A stretch of DNA of 64,000 bases from an uncultured candidate division Zixibacteria bacterium (GCA_963735035.1 CAVTJJ010000004.1:1248001-1312000), one strand, 5' to 3'. Shown: positions 40,283-51,461, counted from the first letter of the stretch. Notes: generated from the sequence alone by a model not told the origin. Made by a program: numbers and translations.

Positions 40283-40915
40283 ATGGTGCGATCAAAAGAA
40301 CTGGGCAAAATAGTCATTATATCTTCACCTTCCGGCGGCGGGAAAACGTCGATTTGCCGACGTTTGCTCTCACCGTCGCGTCGGCGCCAGGGTTGGACTT
40401 TTTCCGTTTCATATACGACCCGCTCCAAGCGCCGAGGCGAACGTGACGGCCGGGAATATTTCTTCGTGACCGAAGAGCATTTCGGGCAACTGGCGAAGCA
40501 GGACTTTTTTGCCGAACAATTCAAAGTGCATCTTTATCGTTACGGCACCCCTCGTCGGCCGATAGATGCTGTGCGTCGGCGCGGTGGTGTGATGCTTTTC
40601 GACGTTGACGTCAAGGGAGCCGGTAAACTCAAAGCGGAATATCCCGATGCTATTTCGATTTTTGTTCTTCCGCCCTCCCAGGTCGAATTGCGCCGTCGAT
40701 TGAGGCAGAGAGGTACCGAGACTAAAGAACAACTCAAAATAAGACTACGTAATGCGCTGCACGAGTTGCAGTCTTTCCGCAAGTTTGGATTCGACTATGT
40801 CGTTATCAACAAAGAGCTTGACCGAGCCGTGCGGGAAGTTCTTCATATTGTGGAGTCACACGGAAACCGGATTGAACAGTTTGATCCGGAACAATTAAGG
40901 CGCATAACAGGTTAG
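40283..40915 (+). CDS. gmk: Guanylate kinase
   Basis: 'SSPSGGGKT', 'SVSYTTR', 'DGREYFFV', 'YGTP', 'IFVLPPS'. Confidence 0.95.
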   Translation: MVRSKELGKIVIISSPSGGGKTSICRRLLSPSRRRQGWTFSVSYTTRSKRRGERDGREYFFVTEEHFGQLAKQDFFAEQFKVHLYRYGTPRRPIDAVRRRGGVMLFDVDVKGAGKLKAEYPDAISIFVLPPSQVELRRRLRQRGTETKEQLKIRLRNALHELQSFRKFGFDYVVINKELDRAVREVLHIVESHGNRIEQFDPEQLRRITG

Positions 40916-40944
40916 GCCAGCATAACCAATGGAGAACCGAAGAC

Positions 40945-41181
40945 ATGATTATTAACTACAGCTACAATGACAAGATCGAGACGGTTACTGAGAATCGTTA
41001 CGAGATGGTGCTCGTAGCTTCCAAGCACGCTCGTCACCTCAATTCCAAGCGCTTAGCCAAACTGGCGCGCCTTCAGGAAGGCTCGACCGAAGTCGATATC
41101 GAAGCGCGGAAAATGACCATGGTGGCGTTGAAAGAAGTAATTGAAGGTAAAGTAAACTTCAAGCGAACCGATAGGGAATAG
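40945..41181 (+). CDS. rpoZ: RNA polymerase omega subunit
   Basis: 'NRYEMVLVASKHAR...ALKEVIEGKV'; conserved position after gmk. Confidence 0.85.
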   Translation: MIINYSYNDKIETVTENRYEMVLVASKHARHLNSKRLAKLARLQEGSTEVDIEARKMTMVALKEVIEGKVNFKRTDRE

Positions 41182-41214
41182 CAACATCATAAGCCGATCG
41201 CATAGGAAAGTCCG

Positions 41215-43509
41215 ATGGCCAAGAATCTTGTCATAGTCGAATCACCCGCCAAATCTCGCACCCTGAGCCGCTTCCTGGGGAAGGATTTTGATATCCTTTC
41301 GACGGTCGGTCACGTGATCGATCTCCCCAAGTCGTCACTCGGGGTGGATGTAGACAATGACTTTCTACCGGCTTACACGGTCATCGACGGCAAAGAGAAG
41401 ATTCTCGCCAAGCTCCGCAAAGCGGCCGCGAGCGCCGAGACCGTTTATCTGGCGCCCGATCCGGACCGCGAGGGAGAGGCTATCGCCTGGCATGTGGCCA
41501 ACAATCTGACCGGCAAGGCCAAGGTTCATCGGGTTACTTTCAACGAAATCACCAAGACCGCGGTTACCGAAGCGATCAAGAATCCCCGCGAGATTGACAT
41601 CGACCTGGTCAACGCCCAGCAGGCGCGGCGTGTGCTCGACCGTCTGGTCGGCTATCTGGTATCACCTTTCCTGTGGAAGACCGTGGCCCGCAATCTTTCG
41701 GCCGGGCGCGTTCAATCGGTCGCGCTTCGTTTGGTGTGCGAGCGTGAAGTCGAAATCGCCGCCTTCATACAGCAGGAATATTGGAGGATTAGCGCCAATC
41801 TTTCCAACGGCGCCAAAGAAATGTTCTGGGCGTCGCTGTTCAAGATCGACGGCCAATCGGTCGTAAAGGCCGGCGAAGAAACCAAGAACAGCATTGTTAT
41901 CACCAGTGAAGCCCAGGCGCGAGCCATCGAGAAAGATCTCGGTTTGCAGAAATTCAAAGCGCTCGAGATCAAGCGCACCGAGCGAGTCCGCCGCCCACCG
42001 GCGCCTTTTATTACTTCGACTCTGCAGCAGGAAGCGGCCAAGGTTCATGGTATGTCGCCGAAACGTACGATGGCGGTCGCGCAGGCTCTCTACGAAGGTG
42101 TGGAACTGGGCAAAGAAGGGCCGACCGGTCTGATAACTTACATGAGAACCGATTCGACCCGTGTGGCCGCCGAGGCCCTGACCGCGGTTCGCGAACACAT
42201 CGTAAGCGAGTACGGGAAAGACTATCTTCCGGGTAAACCCAAATTCTACGGCAAACAGAAACAGGCTCAGGATGCCCACGAGGCCATTCGTCCTACCTAT
42301 CTGAATCTGCCGCCTGACAAGATCAAGAAGAACCTGACCGCGCAGCAATACAAACTCTATCGTTTGATTTGGAATCGGTTTGTCGCCTCACAGATGAATG
42401 ACGCCCTCTACGATGTCGAGACGGTCGATATCTCCGGCGGCAAGTATCTGCTGAGAGCCAGAGCACAACGTTTGAGATTCGACGGCTTCCTCAAGGTCTA
42501 CCAGGAGGAAAAGGAACCGGACGAGAATGGCAACGGTGAAAACGGTGAAGAGACCCTTCCGGAACTGAAGAACGGCGAAACCGTCAAGCTGGAAAAGACC
42601 GAAGCCGAGCAGTCATTCACCAAGCCACCGGCGCGATATTCCGAAGCCATGTTGGTGAAACGTCTCGAAGCCGATGGTATCGGCCGCCCGTCGACCTATG
42701 CCATGATTATTTCGACGCTCAAAGACCGCAAGTATGTCGAACTGACCGAGAAGAAACTGCATCCGACCGATCTGGGTACCACTGTCAACGGGATCCTGGT
42801 CGAACATTTCCCGAAGATTTTCAACGTGCAATTCACGGCCGGGATGGAATTGGAACTCGACCTGGTGGAAGAGGGCAAAGACAACTGGGTCGACGTCATC
42901 CGCAAATTCTACGATCCGTTCAGTGAACAGTTGGCGAGTCTGAAGGGGAAGGAAAAGCAGATCAAGGCGGCGATGGTCGAAACGACCGATATCGCCTGTC
43001 CCAAGTGCAGCAATCCCATGGTGATCAAGTGGGGTCGCAACGGTCGTTTTCTGGCTTGCTCGGGTTGGCCCAAGTGCAAATCGACTCAGCCTCTGCCTGA
43101 AGAAGCCGCCAAGAATCAGACCGACGAAAAGTGTGAAAAGTGCGGCTCGCCCATGGTTGTCAAGTCCGGCCGGTTTGGGCGTTTCATGGCCTGCTCTGCC
43201 TATCCCGACTGCAAGAACACGAAGCCGCTGACTTTGAAAATTGGCTGCCCCAAGAAAGACTGCAACGGCAAAGTTATCGAGAAGACCACGCGCACCAAGC
43301 GCACTTTCTACGGCTGCACCAACTATCCCAAATGCGATTTTGCCAGTTGGGATCGCCCGGTGGCCACCGCCTGCCCCGTCTGCAACAGCACTTATATGCT
43401 GCAGAAATCTTCGAAGGTTAAGGGCGAGTACCTGAAATGCCCCGAGTGCAAGCACGAGATGGTCGAAGAACAGGCCGCCGAAAACACCGCCGAAAACACC
43501 ACCGCCTAG
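41215..43509 (+). CDS. topA: DNA topoisomerase I
   Basis: TOPRIM 'LVIVESPAK', 'DPDREGE', catalytic 'LITYMRTD', 'GIGRPST', C-terminal Cys4 zinc ribbons. Confidence 0.97.
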   Translation: MAKNLVIVESPAKSRTLSRFLGKDFDILSTVGHVIDLPKSSLGVDVDNDFLPAYTVIDGKEKILAKLRKAAASAETVYLAPDPDREGEAIAWHVANNLTGKAKVHRVTFNEITKTAVTEAIKNPREIDIDLVNAQQARRVLDRLVGYLVSPFLWKTVARNLSAGRVQSVALRLVCEREVEIAAFIQQEYWRISANLSNGAKEMFWASLFKIDGQSVVKAGEETKNSIVITSEAQARAIEKDLGLQKFKALEIKRTERVRRPPAPFITSTLQQEAAKVHGMSPKRTMAVAQALYEGVELGKEGPTGLITYMRTDSTRVAAEALTAVREHIVSEYGKDYLPGKPKFYGKQKQAQDAHEAIRPTYLNLPPDKIKKNLTAQQYKLYRLIWNRFVASQMNDALYDVETVDISGGKYLLRARAQRLRFDGFLKVYQEEKEPDENGNGENGEETLPELKNGETVKLEKTEAEQSFTKPPARYSEAMLVKRLEADGIGRPSTYAMIISTLKDRKYVELTEKKLHPTDLGTTVNGILVEHFPKIFNVQFTAGMELELDLVEEGKDNWVDVIRKFYDPFSEQLASLKGKEKQIKAAMVETTDIACPKCSNPMVIKWGRNGRFLACSGWPKCKSTQPLPEEAAKNQTDEKCEKCGSPMVVKSGRFGRFMACSAYPDCKNTKPLTLKIGCPKKDCNGKVIEKTTRTKRTFYGCTNYPKCDFASWDRPVATACPVCNSTYMLQKSSKVKGEYLKCPECKHEMVEEQAAENTAENTTA

Positions 43510-43543
43510 TGATAGGTCAGCCTTTTTCAGTGTCGCGGTGTTC

Positions 43544-43572
43544 TTGACACGTCAGCCACCCATCTATATCTT
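43544..43572 (+). promoter_or_regulatory. Sigma70 promoter
   Basis: TTGACA-N17-TATCTT. Confidence 0.55.
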
Positions 43573-43652
43573 TATCTGTAGGCACGCTGAATCATACGAA
43601 GCGTTTACTATGTGCTTCGTAACATGATCCGCCGTCATTTGGGCCCGAACTA

Positions 43653-45653
43653 ATGACTGGATCCTCATCGAATAACCGACCGCGCGACCGCGCCAACCAG
43701 GCAGGTCGTGGAGCGTCAGCGACGGCCGGTCCGGCAATTGTCATCCCTCAACCGACCGAATATTTGCTTGCAGCTCTTCATGACGTCCAGGACATGGTCT
43801 ATTTCCTGGACCTTAGGGGTCGAGCTTGCCGCTTCAATCCCGCCGGCTCCACACTGACGGGATACACGACTGACCAGCTTGACAACAAACTTCAGTTCAT
43901 ACAAGATCTCGTTCATCCGGACGACTTGCCGACGATGCGTCGGGCTCCCGAGAACGACATCCCACTGGTAGAAATAGACTATCGTCTTAAGAGGTGCAAC
44001 GGGACCATACGGTGGATGCACTCACACCGACTGGCCGCCAGAGACGAATCCGGCAAGCTGTGCGGCTACTTTTGTCTCGACCGCGATGTTACGGCACAGA
44101 AGGAAATTGACGTAGCTCTACGGAACGAAAGAGACCGCGCGCGCGAATACTTGAATATCGCCGGAGTCATCCTGGTAGCTATCGACGCCGAACAGAAAGT
44201 CACCATGATCAATCGCAAGGGGTGCGATACTCTGGGTTGCTCGGAATCCGAGATACTCGGCGCCAACTGGTTCGATACTTTTGTGCCGTCCCGGGATCGC
44301 GAGGCGACTCGCGATGCCTTCATACACCTGATGGGCGGCAGTCTTGAGACGGTAGAACACTTCGAGAATCGGTTGCTTGGCCGCGACGGGAAAGAACGCC
44401 TGGTATCCTGGCACAATACGCTCTTGCGCGGACCCGATGGAGCCATTGCCGGCACGCTCAGTTCGGGCGAGGACATTACGGAGAAACGACGGGCCCAGGA
44501 GCTGCTCCGACAGACCGAAGAACAATTCCGGGCGCTGTTTGAAGGCGCGGCAAGTTGCATCCTCTTTCTCGATGGTCGAACCATTCGATTCGCCAACGAC
44601 GCCATGCTCAAGACGTTCGGATACACCCGCATCGAATTGATCGGTGCGGATATTGAGCTTCTGCATGTTTCGTCGGAGATGTACGAACGGGCCTACGCTA
44701 CCGCTTTCCAGACGATTACGCAGAAAGGCTCCTGGCGTGGCGACTGGCCCCTAAGAAAGAAAGATGGTTCCGAGATATGGATGGATAACTATCTCACCCG
44801 TCTCTCCGGCGGTGGGATTGTGGCAGTTCTTCACGATATCACCGAACGTTTGCACGCGGAACGGACCTTGCGCCATCGTGAGGCCGAGCTCAGCAGCATC
44901 TTTCGCGCTGCCCCGGTGGGTATCGGGCTCACGGTGGAACGTGTCCTCAGGCAGGTCAATCAAAGGCTCTGCGACATGGTGGGGTACAGTCGTGAGGAGT
45001 TGATAGGGAAGAGCGCTCGCATACTCTATCCTGCCGACAGCGATTTCGAATACGTCGGCGCGGAGAAATATCGACAGATGGGCGAATGCGGTACCGGGAC
45101 AGTGGAGACCCGCTTTCTTTGCAGTGATGGCCACATCATGGATGTCCTGTTAAGCTCCACGCCGGTCGATCCGGAAGATTGGGCCAAGGGCATCACCTTC
45201 ACGGCGATGGATATCACCGAACGCAAGAAGAATGAGCAGGCTTTGCTCGAAAAGAACATTGCGTTGCGGGAAGTTCTAAACCAGATTTCTTCGGATCAGG
45301 AATCTATCCGCGAACAAATCGCCACCAATATCGACGAAGCGATTCTCCCGATGCTCGGTCGCCTTCAGGAACGGGCCAGTCCCGCCCAGGAAGTTCTCAT
45401 CAAACAACTGCGAAACGATTTCGAGCAGGTCAGCTCGCCGTTTCTGGAATTGCTGAAGAGACGACAACCACGATTGACCCCGCGGGAGACCGAAATCTGT
45501 CGCCTCATCAAGAGCGGTATGACCTCAAAGCAAATCGCCGAAACGCTGAACGTGTCCCTGGGAACCATACACAAGTACCGCGAGTTGATTCGCCGGAAAC
45601 TCGGCCTGGCCAATGTCGATGTCAATCTAACCAGCTATCTTCAGTCGCTCTGA
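43653..45653 (+). CDS. Multi-PAS sensor with C-terminal LuxR-type HTH (one-component regulator)
   Basis: Four PAS/PAC units ending 'RDVT', 'EDITE', 'HDITER', 'MDITERK'; HTH 'LTPRETEICRLIKSGMTSKQIAETLNVSLGTIHKYR'. Confidence 0.88.
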   Translation: MTGSSSNNRPRDRANQAGRGASATAGPAIVIPQPTEYLLAALHDVQDMVYFLDLRGRACRFNPAGSTLTGYTTDQLDNKLQFIQDLVHPDDLPTMRRAPENDIPLVEIDYRLKRCNGTIRWMHSHRLAARDESGKLCGYFCLDRDVTAQKEIDVALRNERDRAREYLNIAGVILVAIDAEQKVTMINRKGCDTLGCSESEILGANWFDTFVPSRDREATRDAFIHLMGGSLETVEHFENRLLGRDGKERLVSWHNTLLRGPDGAIAGTLSSGEDITEKRRAQELLRQTEEQFRALFEGAASCILFLDGRTIRFANDAMLKTFGYTRIELIGADIELLHVSSEMYERAYATAFQTITQKGSWRGDWPLRKKDGSEIWMDNYLTRLSGGGIVAVLHDITERLHAERTLRHREAELSSIFRAAPVGIGLTVERVLRQVNQRLCDMVGYSREELIGKSARILYPADSDFEYVGAEKYRQMGECGTGTVETRFLCSDGHIMDVLLSSTPVDPEDWAKGITFTAMDITERKKNEQALLEKNIALREVLNQISSDQESIREQIATNIDEAILPMLGRLQERASPAQEVLIKQLRNDFEQVSSPFLELLKRRQPRLTPRETEICRLIKSGMTSKQIAETLNVSLGTIHKYRELIRRKLGLANVDVNLTSYLQSL

Positions 45654-45704
45654 TTTCTAGTCAGTAAGCCGCTTGTCCCCGGAGCCCGGTCGGGCCGAAA
45701 CCCT

Positions 45705-45733
45705 TTGACTGACCTGCTAAACTTTGATATTCT
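45705..45733 (+). promoter_or_regulatory. Sigma70 promoter of xerC-hslVU
   Basis: TTGACT-N17-TATTCT with a TG extension. Confidence 0.6.
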
Positions 45734-45740
45734 GTTACTT

Positions 45741-46655
45741 ATGCTGAAGAAGATGCTCGCAGAATTCATTCAGGATCTAAGCGATAATCGAGGCCGATCC
45801 GCCCGGACGGTCGACGCGTACCGTCGCGACCTTGAACCGTGGGTGCAGTTTCTCTATCAGCAGCACACAGCGATGCCGAACGACCCCATGAACGCCCCTC
45901 TGTATTTGCGCGTCTACCTACGCAATCGCGGACAAGCGGGAGTGTCAAACCGTTCTTTGGCGCGGTTTCTGTCGGCACTCTCATCGTTTCAAAGATTCCT
46001 GTCTTTACGGAGCGGTTTGGAGAAATATCTCTTTCAGATTCCGCGTATCAAATTTGGCAGTCGACTGCCGAATTTCTTGCCCCAGAGCGATGCCGCCCGG
46101 CTTTTTGAGCACGGCAATGCCCGCGAAGACAAGCAGGGTTACGGTTACTGGCGCGACTACCTAATGATCGCCTTGCTGTACGTGACCGGGGTCCGTCGCG
46201 AAGAATTGGCCCACATAAAGCTCTCGGATATTGATCTACGCCAGGGGTTGATTCGCGTGATCGGCAAGGGGAACAAGGAACGGGTCGTTCCAATCGGCGA
46301 TACCACCCTGGCTGACCTGAAAGCATATATAGAACGCCGCCGGGAATTCGTGGGCGATTCGAACGTGCACAACGGTGTGCTGTTTCTGAACCTGAAGGGG
46401 GGAGCGCTGTCGGTCCGCTCAGTCGACCGACTGGTGAAGAATTTCGGGCGAGGGGAAGGACTCGATTTCACACCGCACACTTTGCGCCACTCATTTGCCA
46501 CGCACCTGATGGAGAACGGCGCCGACATGATGCTCATCAAAGAGATTCTCGGCCATGCGTCGCTGTCGACCACGCAGAAGTACACTCACGTCACGGCGGA
46601 GACACTGAAGAAAGTATATCGGACAGCACATCCCCGCTCCGGTTCGCGGAATTAG
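45741..46655 (+). CDS. xerC: Tyrosine recombinase XerC
   Basis: 'TGVRREEL', 'GKGNKER', '[11 protein letters not shown]', 'LGH', 'TQKYTHV'; precedes hslVU. Start may be 45753. Confidence 0.88.
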   Translation: MLKKMLAEFIQDLSDNRGRSARTVDAYRRDLEPWVQFLYQQHTAMPNDPMNAPLYLRVYLRNRGQAGVSNRSLARFLSALSSFQRFLSLRSGLEKYLFQIPRIKFGSRLPNFLPQSDAARLFEHGNAREDKQGYGYWRDYLMIALLYVTGVRREELAHIKLSDIDLRQGLIRVIGKGNKERVVPIGDTTLADLKAYIERRREFVGDSNVHNGVLFLNLKGGALSVRSVDRLVKNFGRGEGLDFTPHTLRHSFATHLMENGADMMLIKEILGHASLSTTQKYTHVTAETLKKVYRTAHPRSGSRN

Positions 46656-46663
46656 GACACAAT

Positions 46664-47200
46664 ATGAAAACCAGATCGACGACAATTATCGGACTTATTC
46701 ACAACGGCAAGGCGGCTATGGCCGGCGACGGTCAGGTATCGATGGATGATACGATCATGAAGGCCAAGGCGACCAAGATTCGCACGATGCAGGACGGCAA
46801 AGTGCTGGTCGGGTTCGCCGGTTCGGCGGCTGATTCGCTCGCACTGTTCGAACATTTCGAGCACAAGCTGGAAGAATATCGGGGCAATCTGCCGCGTGCG
46901 GCCATTGAACTGGCCAAGGAATGGCGCACCGACCGCATCCTGCGCCGACTCGAATCGGTCATCGCCGTGACCGATGGGGAGCACATCTTTCTGTTCAGCG
47001 GTAACGGCGACGTGATCGAGCCCGATGACGGTATCGTGGCGATAGGCTCCGGCGGGCCGTATGCACTGGCCGCCGCCCGGGCCCTGATCTTCGCCAATCC
47101 GAAATTGACCGCCGACAAGATCGTCCGCAAAGCCATAGAAATAGCCGCGGACATCTGTATCTTCACCAACGACAACATTGAGGTTGTTAACGTCAAATGA
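46664..47200 (+). CDS. hslV: ATP-dependent protease subunit HslV
   Basis: 'TTII' catalytic Thr, 'GDGQVS', 'GFAGS', 'AKEWRTDR', 'IGSGG'. Confidence 0.97.
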   Translation: MKTRSTTIIGLIHNGKAAMAGDGQVSMDDTIMKAKATKIRTMQDGKVLVGFAGSAADSLALFEHFEHKLEEYRGNLPRAAIELAKEWRTDRILRRLESVIAVTDGEHIFLFSGNGDVIEPDDGIVAIGSGGPYALAAARALIFANPKLTADKIVRKAIEIAADICIFTNDNIEVVNVK

Positions 47201-48570
47201 ACGACAATTATCCGCAGCCACGCGAGATCGTGGCGCATCTGGACAAGTACATCATCGGTCAGGACGCCGCCAAGAAATCCGTGGCCATTGCTCTGCGTAA
47301 CCGCTGGCGTCGTCAGAACGCGCCGCTGGAAATCCGCAGCGAGATCATGCCCAACAACATCATCATGATCGGCCCCACCGGAGTCGGCAAGACCGAAATC
47401 GCCCGGCGACTGGCTGATATGGCTGGCGCGCCGTTCCTCAAAGTTGAGGCGTCGAAGTTCACCGAAGTCGGTTATGTCGGCCGCGATGTCGAATCCATGG
47501 TCCGCGATCTCGTAGAAATCGCGGTGAACATGGTCAAGATGGAAATTGCCGGGAGCCATCATGTCAAGGCGGAACAGGCCATGGTCGAGCGACTTCTCGA
47601 TATGCTGGTCGGTCCGCCGCCACGGCGCCACCCGCCGGTCGATATCGGCAATGAGGGCGCTCCCGTTGACCATTCGGACGAAGCCGAACAGGCGGGTCGC
47701 ACGCGAGACAAATTCCGCGATATGTTGATCGCGGGCAAACTCGACGAACGAGAAGTGGAAATCGATGCCCCGCAGCGGAGCTTCCCGATTGTCGAAGTCT
47801 TTTCGCCACAGGGAGTCGAAGAGCTCGGCGTGAATTTCCAGGAAATGTTCTCGGGCATGATGCCCAAGCGTACCAAACGGCGCAAGATGACCGTCCGCGA
47901 TGCCCGCCAGTTCCTGCTCAACGAAGAACTCGATCGTCTGGTCAACATGGACGAAGTCATACCGTCGGCTCTCGACCGGGTGCAGGAGTCCGGGATCATC
48001 TTTGTCGATGAAATCGATAAGATCGTCGGCGGCGACAGCAAGGGCGGCCCCGATGTCAGCCGCGAGGGTGTTCAGCGGGACATTCTACCTATCGTCGAAG
48101 GGTGTGCCGTCATGACCAAGTACGGTATGGTACACACCGACCACGTTCTTTTCATCGCGGCGGGCGCCTTTCACGGCACTAATCCATCCGACCTGATCCC
48201 TGAACTACAGGGCCGTTTTCCCATCCGGGTCGAACTGGACAGCCTCACCGCTCATGACTTCGAGCGTATCCTGGTGGAACCCAAGGCCTCTCTGGTCAAA
48301 CAGTACAAGGCGCTCCTGGCGACTGAAGGAGTCAATCTTGAGTTCGATGAGGGCGCCATTCGGAAAATCGCGGAGATTGCCGAGCAGGTCAACACGCGTA
48401 CCGAGAACATCGGGGCGCGACGGCTGCACACGGTTATGACAACGCTGCTTGAAGATCTACTATATGAACCACCGGCAAAGAAACGCCGGGTCGTCATTAC
48501 GGCGCAGGCGGTAGACAAGAAGCTATCGGACATCGTCGAAGACGAAGATCTGAGTAGATACATTCTGTAA
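47197..48570 (+). CDS. hslU: ATP-dependent protease ATPase subunit HslU
   Basis: '[13 protein letters not shown]', 'GYVG', 'FVDEIDK', '[11 protein letters not shown]', C-terminal 'DLSRYIL'. Confidence 0.97.
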   Translation: MNDNYPQPREIVAHLDKYIIGQDAAKKSVAIALRNRWRRQNAPLEIRSEIMPNNIIMIGPTGVGKTEIARRLADMAGAPFLKVEASKFTEVGYVGRDVESMVRDLVEIAVNMVKMEIAGSHHVKAEQAMVERLLDMLVGPPPRRHPPVDIGNEGAPVDHSDEAEQAGRTRDKFRDMLIAGKLDEREVEIDAPQRSFPIVEVFSPQGVEELGVNFQEMFSGMMPKRTKRRKMTVRDARQFLLNEELDRLVNMDEVIPSALDRVQESGIIFVDEIDKIVGGDSKGGPDVSREGVQRDILPIVEGCAVMTKYGMVHTDHVLFIAAGAFHGTNPSDLIPELQGRFPIRVELDSLTAHDFERILVEPKASLVKQYKALLATEGVNLEFDEGAIRKIAEIAEQVNTRTENIGARRLHTVMTTLLEDLLYEPPAKKRRVVITAQAVDKKLSDIVEDEDLSRYIL

Positions 48571-48593
48571 GAGGGGAACGGAGGGGACAGGGC

Positions 48594-49310
48594 TCAGACG
48601 ATATATACGCGAACGTCACCGATGAAATGGTTGCTCGCGATATAAAGCTTGGCCTCGGCGTCGCCGTAGTTGGCCGTCTGGGCATCCAGCGAGTTGCCGA
48701 ATCCTGATGACCGCTTGCCCATCATTTCGATATCCCCGATAAAATTCGAACTCTGGGCAAACACCGCCATACCTTCCGGGGCGAGCACGCGCACGTCACC
48801 AATAAATCCGGATATGATCATCCGATTCAAACCGGGCGCCAGCTTGCCGCCGTGCAGCTTGACTTCGACATCCCCGACGAAACTGCTGACTTCGATATTC
48901 TGAAGGTCGAGACCACCGCAATCGACAAACATATCCCCGATGAACTTGTTGTATCGCAGCCGGCTGTCCTTGCCCGATTCGGGCGTAGCCGAAACTCTGG
49001 GATGGTCTGTGATCGAAGGGGGGACTGACGGTATTCCGGACGGTGGCATGCCGGGAGGCATGGTTCGGTCGTGTAAAGGCGATGACCCATGACGGGCGTG
49101 GGGGGAGGTTTCTGCTTCTCCGGCTCGGTCGGCCTGCTCACGGCTGCGAGACCGGGCGAGCAACCAGAGCCCCATGGCAATCAGAAAGAGCGGAAAGAGA
49201 TAGCCGAGTATTTGACCAAAAGTGAAAAACACAAAGCCCATGGTCCGGGCGAGCAGGAGCAACCCCAGGACTATGAAAACCACACCTATGATCCATTTCC
49301 GGCCGGACAT
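48594..49310 (-). CDS. liaF: LiaF-like cell-envelope stress membrane protein
   Basis: Two N-terminal TM helices, Pro-rich linker, repeated 'FIGD' beta motifs typical of the LiaF C-terminal domain. Confidence 0.7.
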   Translation of the reverse strand: MSGRKWIIGVVFIVLGLLLLARTMGFVFFTFGQILGYLFPLFLIAMGLWLLARSRSREQADRAGEAETSPHARHGSSPLHDRTMPPGMPPSGIPSVPPSITDHPRVSATPESGKDSRLRYNKFIGDMFVDCGGLDLQNIEVSSFVGDVEVKLHGGKLAPGLNRMIISGFIGDVRVLAPEGMAVFAQSSNFIGDIEMMGKRSSGFGNSLDAQTANYGDAEAKLYIASNHFIGDVRVYIV

Positions 49311-49553
49311 GACTGCTCTTTCGATCCTTTTCTACTACTTATTAGTACGCAATATCGTTGGCCGGGTTACGAGCCGCAAGGTTTTTGACCTCCTTAAGTG
49401 ACCGGACGGCAAGCGGCTTTGTTCAACTTATGAACAATCGCGGCGTAAACGAGGTCATATCGATCCGGCCTCGATCTCGCCTTGACTTGCTGCCGGGCTC
49501 AGATTTTATTCGGGGGATTTTGAGTAGCGAACATCAGCTTCTTAGGAGGAATA

Positions 49554-50459
49554 ATGCCCCGAACACTCTGCGAAATAACCGACTTCACGACCCAGGAAAT
49601 ATATGAGATCATGGATTTGTGCGGTCGGATGAAATCCGGTCAGATCCGGCCGCGGCCGCTTGAAGGCAAAGCCGTCGCCTGTATCTTTACGAAGGAATCG
49701 CTACGGACGCGAATCTCATTCGAGGTAGGCATCAACCAGCTCGGCGGACACCCCATTTACATTACCGACAAAGAAATAAAGCTCGGCCAGCGCGAATCGG
49801 TAGCGGACGCCGCCCGGGTGTTGTCGCGTTATGTCGGATTGATCATGATCCGGACCTTCGCCCATACCGACGTCACCGAACTGGCCAAATACGCCACCGT
49901 TCCGGTCGTTAACGGCCTGACCGATCTGGTCCATCCGTGCCAGATTCTGGGCGATTATTTCACGGCTATCGAACATCTGGGCAAGAAGGAACGATACTCG
50001 GTGGCGTACCTGGGTGACGGCAACAATATCACCAATAGCTGGCTGAATCTGGCGTCCCGGCTGCCGTTGGACCTCAGAGTAGGCACGTCCGGCGATACCC
50101 TCCCGAGCCCGGTTCATGTCGAGCGGGCCAGGTCAAATCGGGCCAGCGTGGTGCTGATTACCGACGATCCTAAAGAAGCGGTTCGGGGTGCCGATGTAGT
50201 CTATACGGATGTCTGGGCTTCAATGGGCCAGAAACATCTGGCAGAGGAAAAGGCAAGTAAACTAAAGAAGTTTCAGGTTAATAGCGCTCTGCTGGAGGAG
50301 GCCGGACCCGGGGCTATAGTGATGCACTGCCTGCCCGCCGAACGCGGCAAGGAAATCACCGACGAGGTGATGGACGGACCGCGATCGGTGGTGTTCGACG
50401 AGGCAGAGAACAGACTGCACATTCAGAAGGCAATCATGACCTTCCTGTTGCAGCACTGA
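49554..50459 (+). CDS. argF: Ornithine carbamoyltransferase
   Basis: 'SLRT', 'HPCQ', 'GDGNN', 'DVWASMG', 'HCLP'; AGGAGG RBS. Confidence 0.93.
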   Translation: MPRTLCEITDFTTQEIYEIMDLCGRMKSGQIRPRPLEGKAVACIFTKESLRTRISFEVGINQLGGHPIYITDKEIKLGQRESVADAARVLSRYVGLIMIRTFAHTDVTELAKYATVPVVNGLTDLVHPCQILGDYFTAIEHLGKKERYSVAYLGDGNNITNSWLNLASRLPLDLRVGTSGDTLPSPVHVERARSNRASVVLITDDPKEAVRGADVVYTDVWASMGQKHLAEEKASKLKKFQVNSALLEEAGPGAIVMHCLPAERGKEITDEVMDGPRSVVFDEAENRLHIQKAIMTFLLQH

Positions 50460-50510
50460 GCCCGGATCCAATCCCGCCGGCTGGAGCGAGCAAATGAAAG
50501 GAGACGCTGC

Positions 50511-51362
50511 ATGCGTTCCAAGAAATCACTCCTCCTGGCGGGATTGGCCGCCTTCGTCGCAGTCACCTTCCTGGCGTTGGGGTGTTCAGATGACGACACA
50601 ACGACGCCGTCCACACCGACCACGCCGGCCGACAACAACGGCATCGAGACGGTCCTGCCGTTAGTTCAGACCCAGGTGCACCAGTATCTCGATTCTATAG
50701 TGGTCGAGATGGAAGCCGGTCTGAAGGTCGCTACTTTCACCGAGGCCGGAAGCAATAACGATATCGGCGATCTGTTCATGGGTGGAGGATACCCGGATTC
50801 TACCCGGACCGCCAATTCCTGGATCGTTTCGTATCTCACTGACCTGGGTTCAGGAGTGGGCACGAAGACTATCGTCGACTCCATTGCCTACATCGTCGGC
50901 GGCAATCTTAGCGTCACCGCGCATAACGCCGAAGCCATGTTCGCCCGGCACAAATTCAATTACCAGACCTCCGACACGGTCAACTCCTACACCGACCTGA
51001 CTAATCACGGCGATCTGCATATTACGGGCATCAATACCACGACCGCTACCGTCAACGGCACGTTCAACGTCGTGGTGGACAGTAAGCACATTTCCACTGA
51101 TTCTCTCGTCTGGAACAATTGGACGATAGACGTGACGACTAACAACCTGACCTTCGTCCGCACCAGTGATTCCTGGACGAACGGCTGTCCTAATTCGGGC
51201 ACCGCTACCGTAAACGTAGTCTGGGAGCGTACGCTGCCCAACAGTGTCCCGACCTACACGCAGTGGCAGTTCGACATAACTTTCACTGATGGCGTCATGG
51301 AAGCTGATGTAACTACCGGCAGTCTATCCGCCACATACGGCCGTACGCTCTGCACTCCGTAG
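50511..51362 (+). CDS. Hypothetical lipoprotein (Thr-rich, beta-rich)
   Basis: Lipobox 'LALG-C', T/P linker, AAGGAG RBS. Confidence 0.75.
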   Translation: MRSKKSLLLAGLAAFVAVTFLALGCSDDDTTTPSTPTTPADNNGIETVLPLVQTQVHQYLDSIVVEMEAGLKVATFTEAGSNNDIGDLFMGGGYPDSTRTANSWIVSYLTDLGSGVGTKTIVDSIAYIVGGNLSVTAHNAEAMFARHKFNYQTSDTVNSYTDLTNHGDLHITGINTTTATVNGTFNVVVDSKHISTDSLVWNNWTIDVTTNNLTFVRTSDSWTNGCPNSGTATVNVVWERTLPNSVPTYTQWQFDITFTDGVMEADVTTGSLSATYGRTLCTP

Positions 51363-51388
51363 TCAGTACGAGCAGCAGTAAATAAATG

Positions 51389-51419
51389 CCCGGCAGATGA
51401 CTCATCTGCCGGGTTTTTT
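51389..51419 (+). terminator. Intrinsic terminator
   Basis: CCCGGCAGATGA-C-TCATCTGCCGGG followed by TTTTTT. Confidence 0.9.
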
Positions 51420-51426
51420 CTTGGGA

Positions 51427-51455
51427 TTGACTTGACGCTTCCTGACGGCTATGCT
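51427..51455 (+). promoter_or_regulatory. Sigma70 promoter, probably leaderless transcript
   Basis: TTGACT-N17-TATGCT-N6-ATG. Confidence 0.6.
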
Positions 51456-51461
51456 CCGATC

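Noticed and set aside
45741..46655. Tyrosine recombinase as a phage or island integrase
   Set aside because: Size, motifs and position before hslVU match housekeeping XerC; no att repeats or mobile cargo seen.
49554..50459. SLRT motif suggesting N-acetyl/N-succinylornithine transcarbamylase
   Set aside because: The ornithine-binding DxxxSMG loop and HCLP are intact, consistent with ordinary OTCase.
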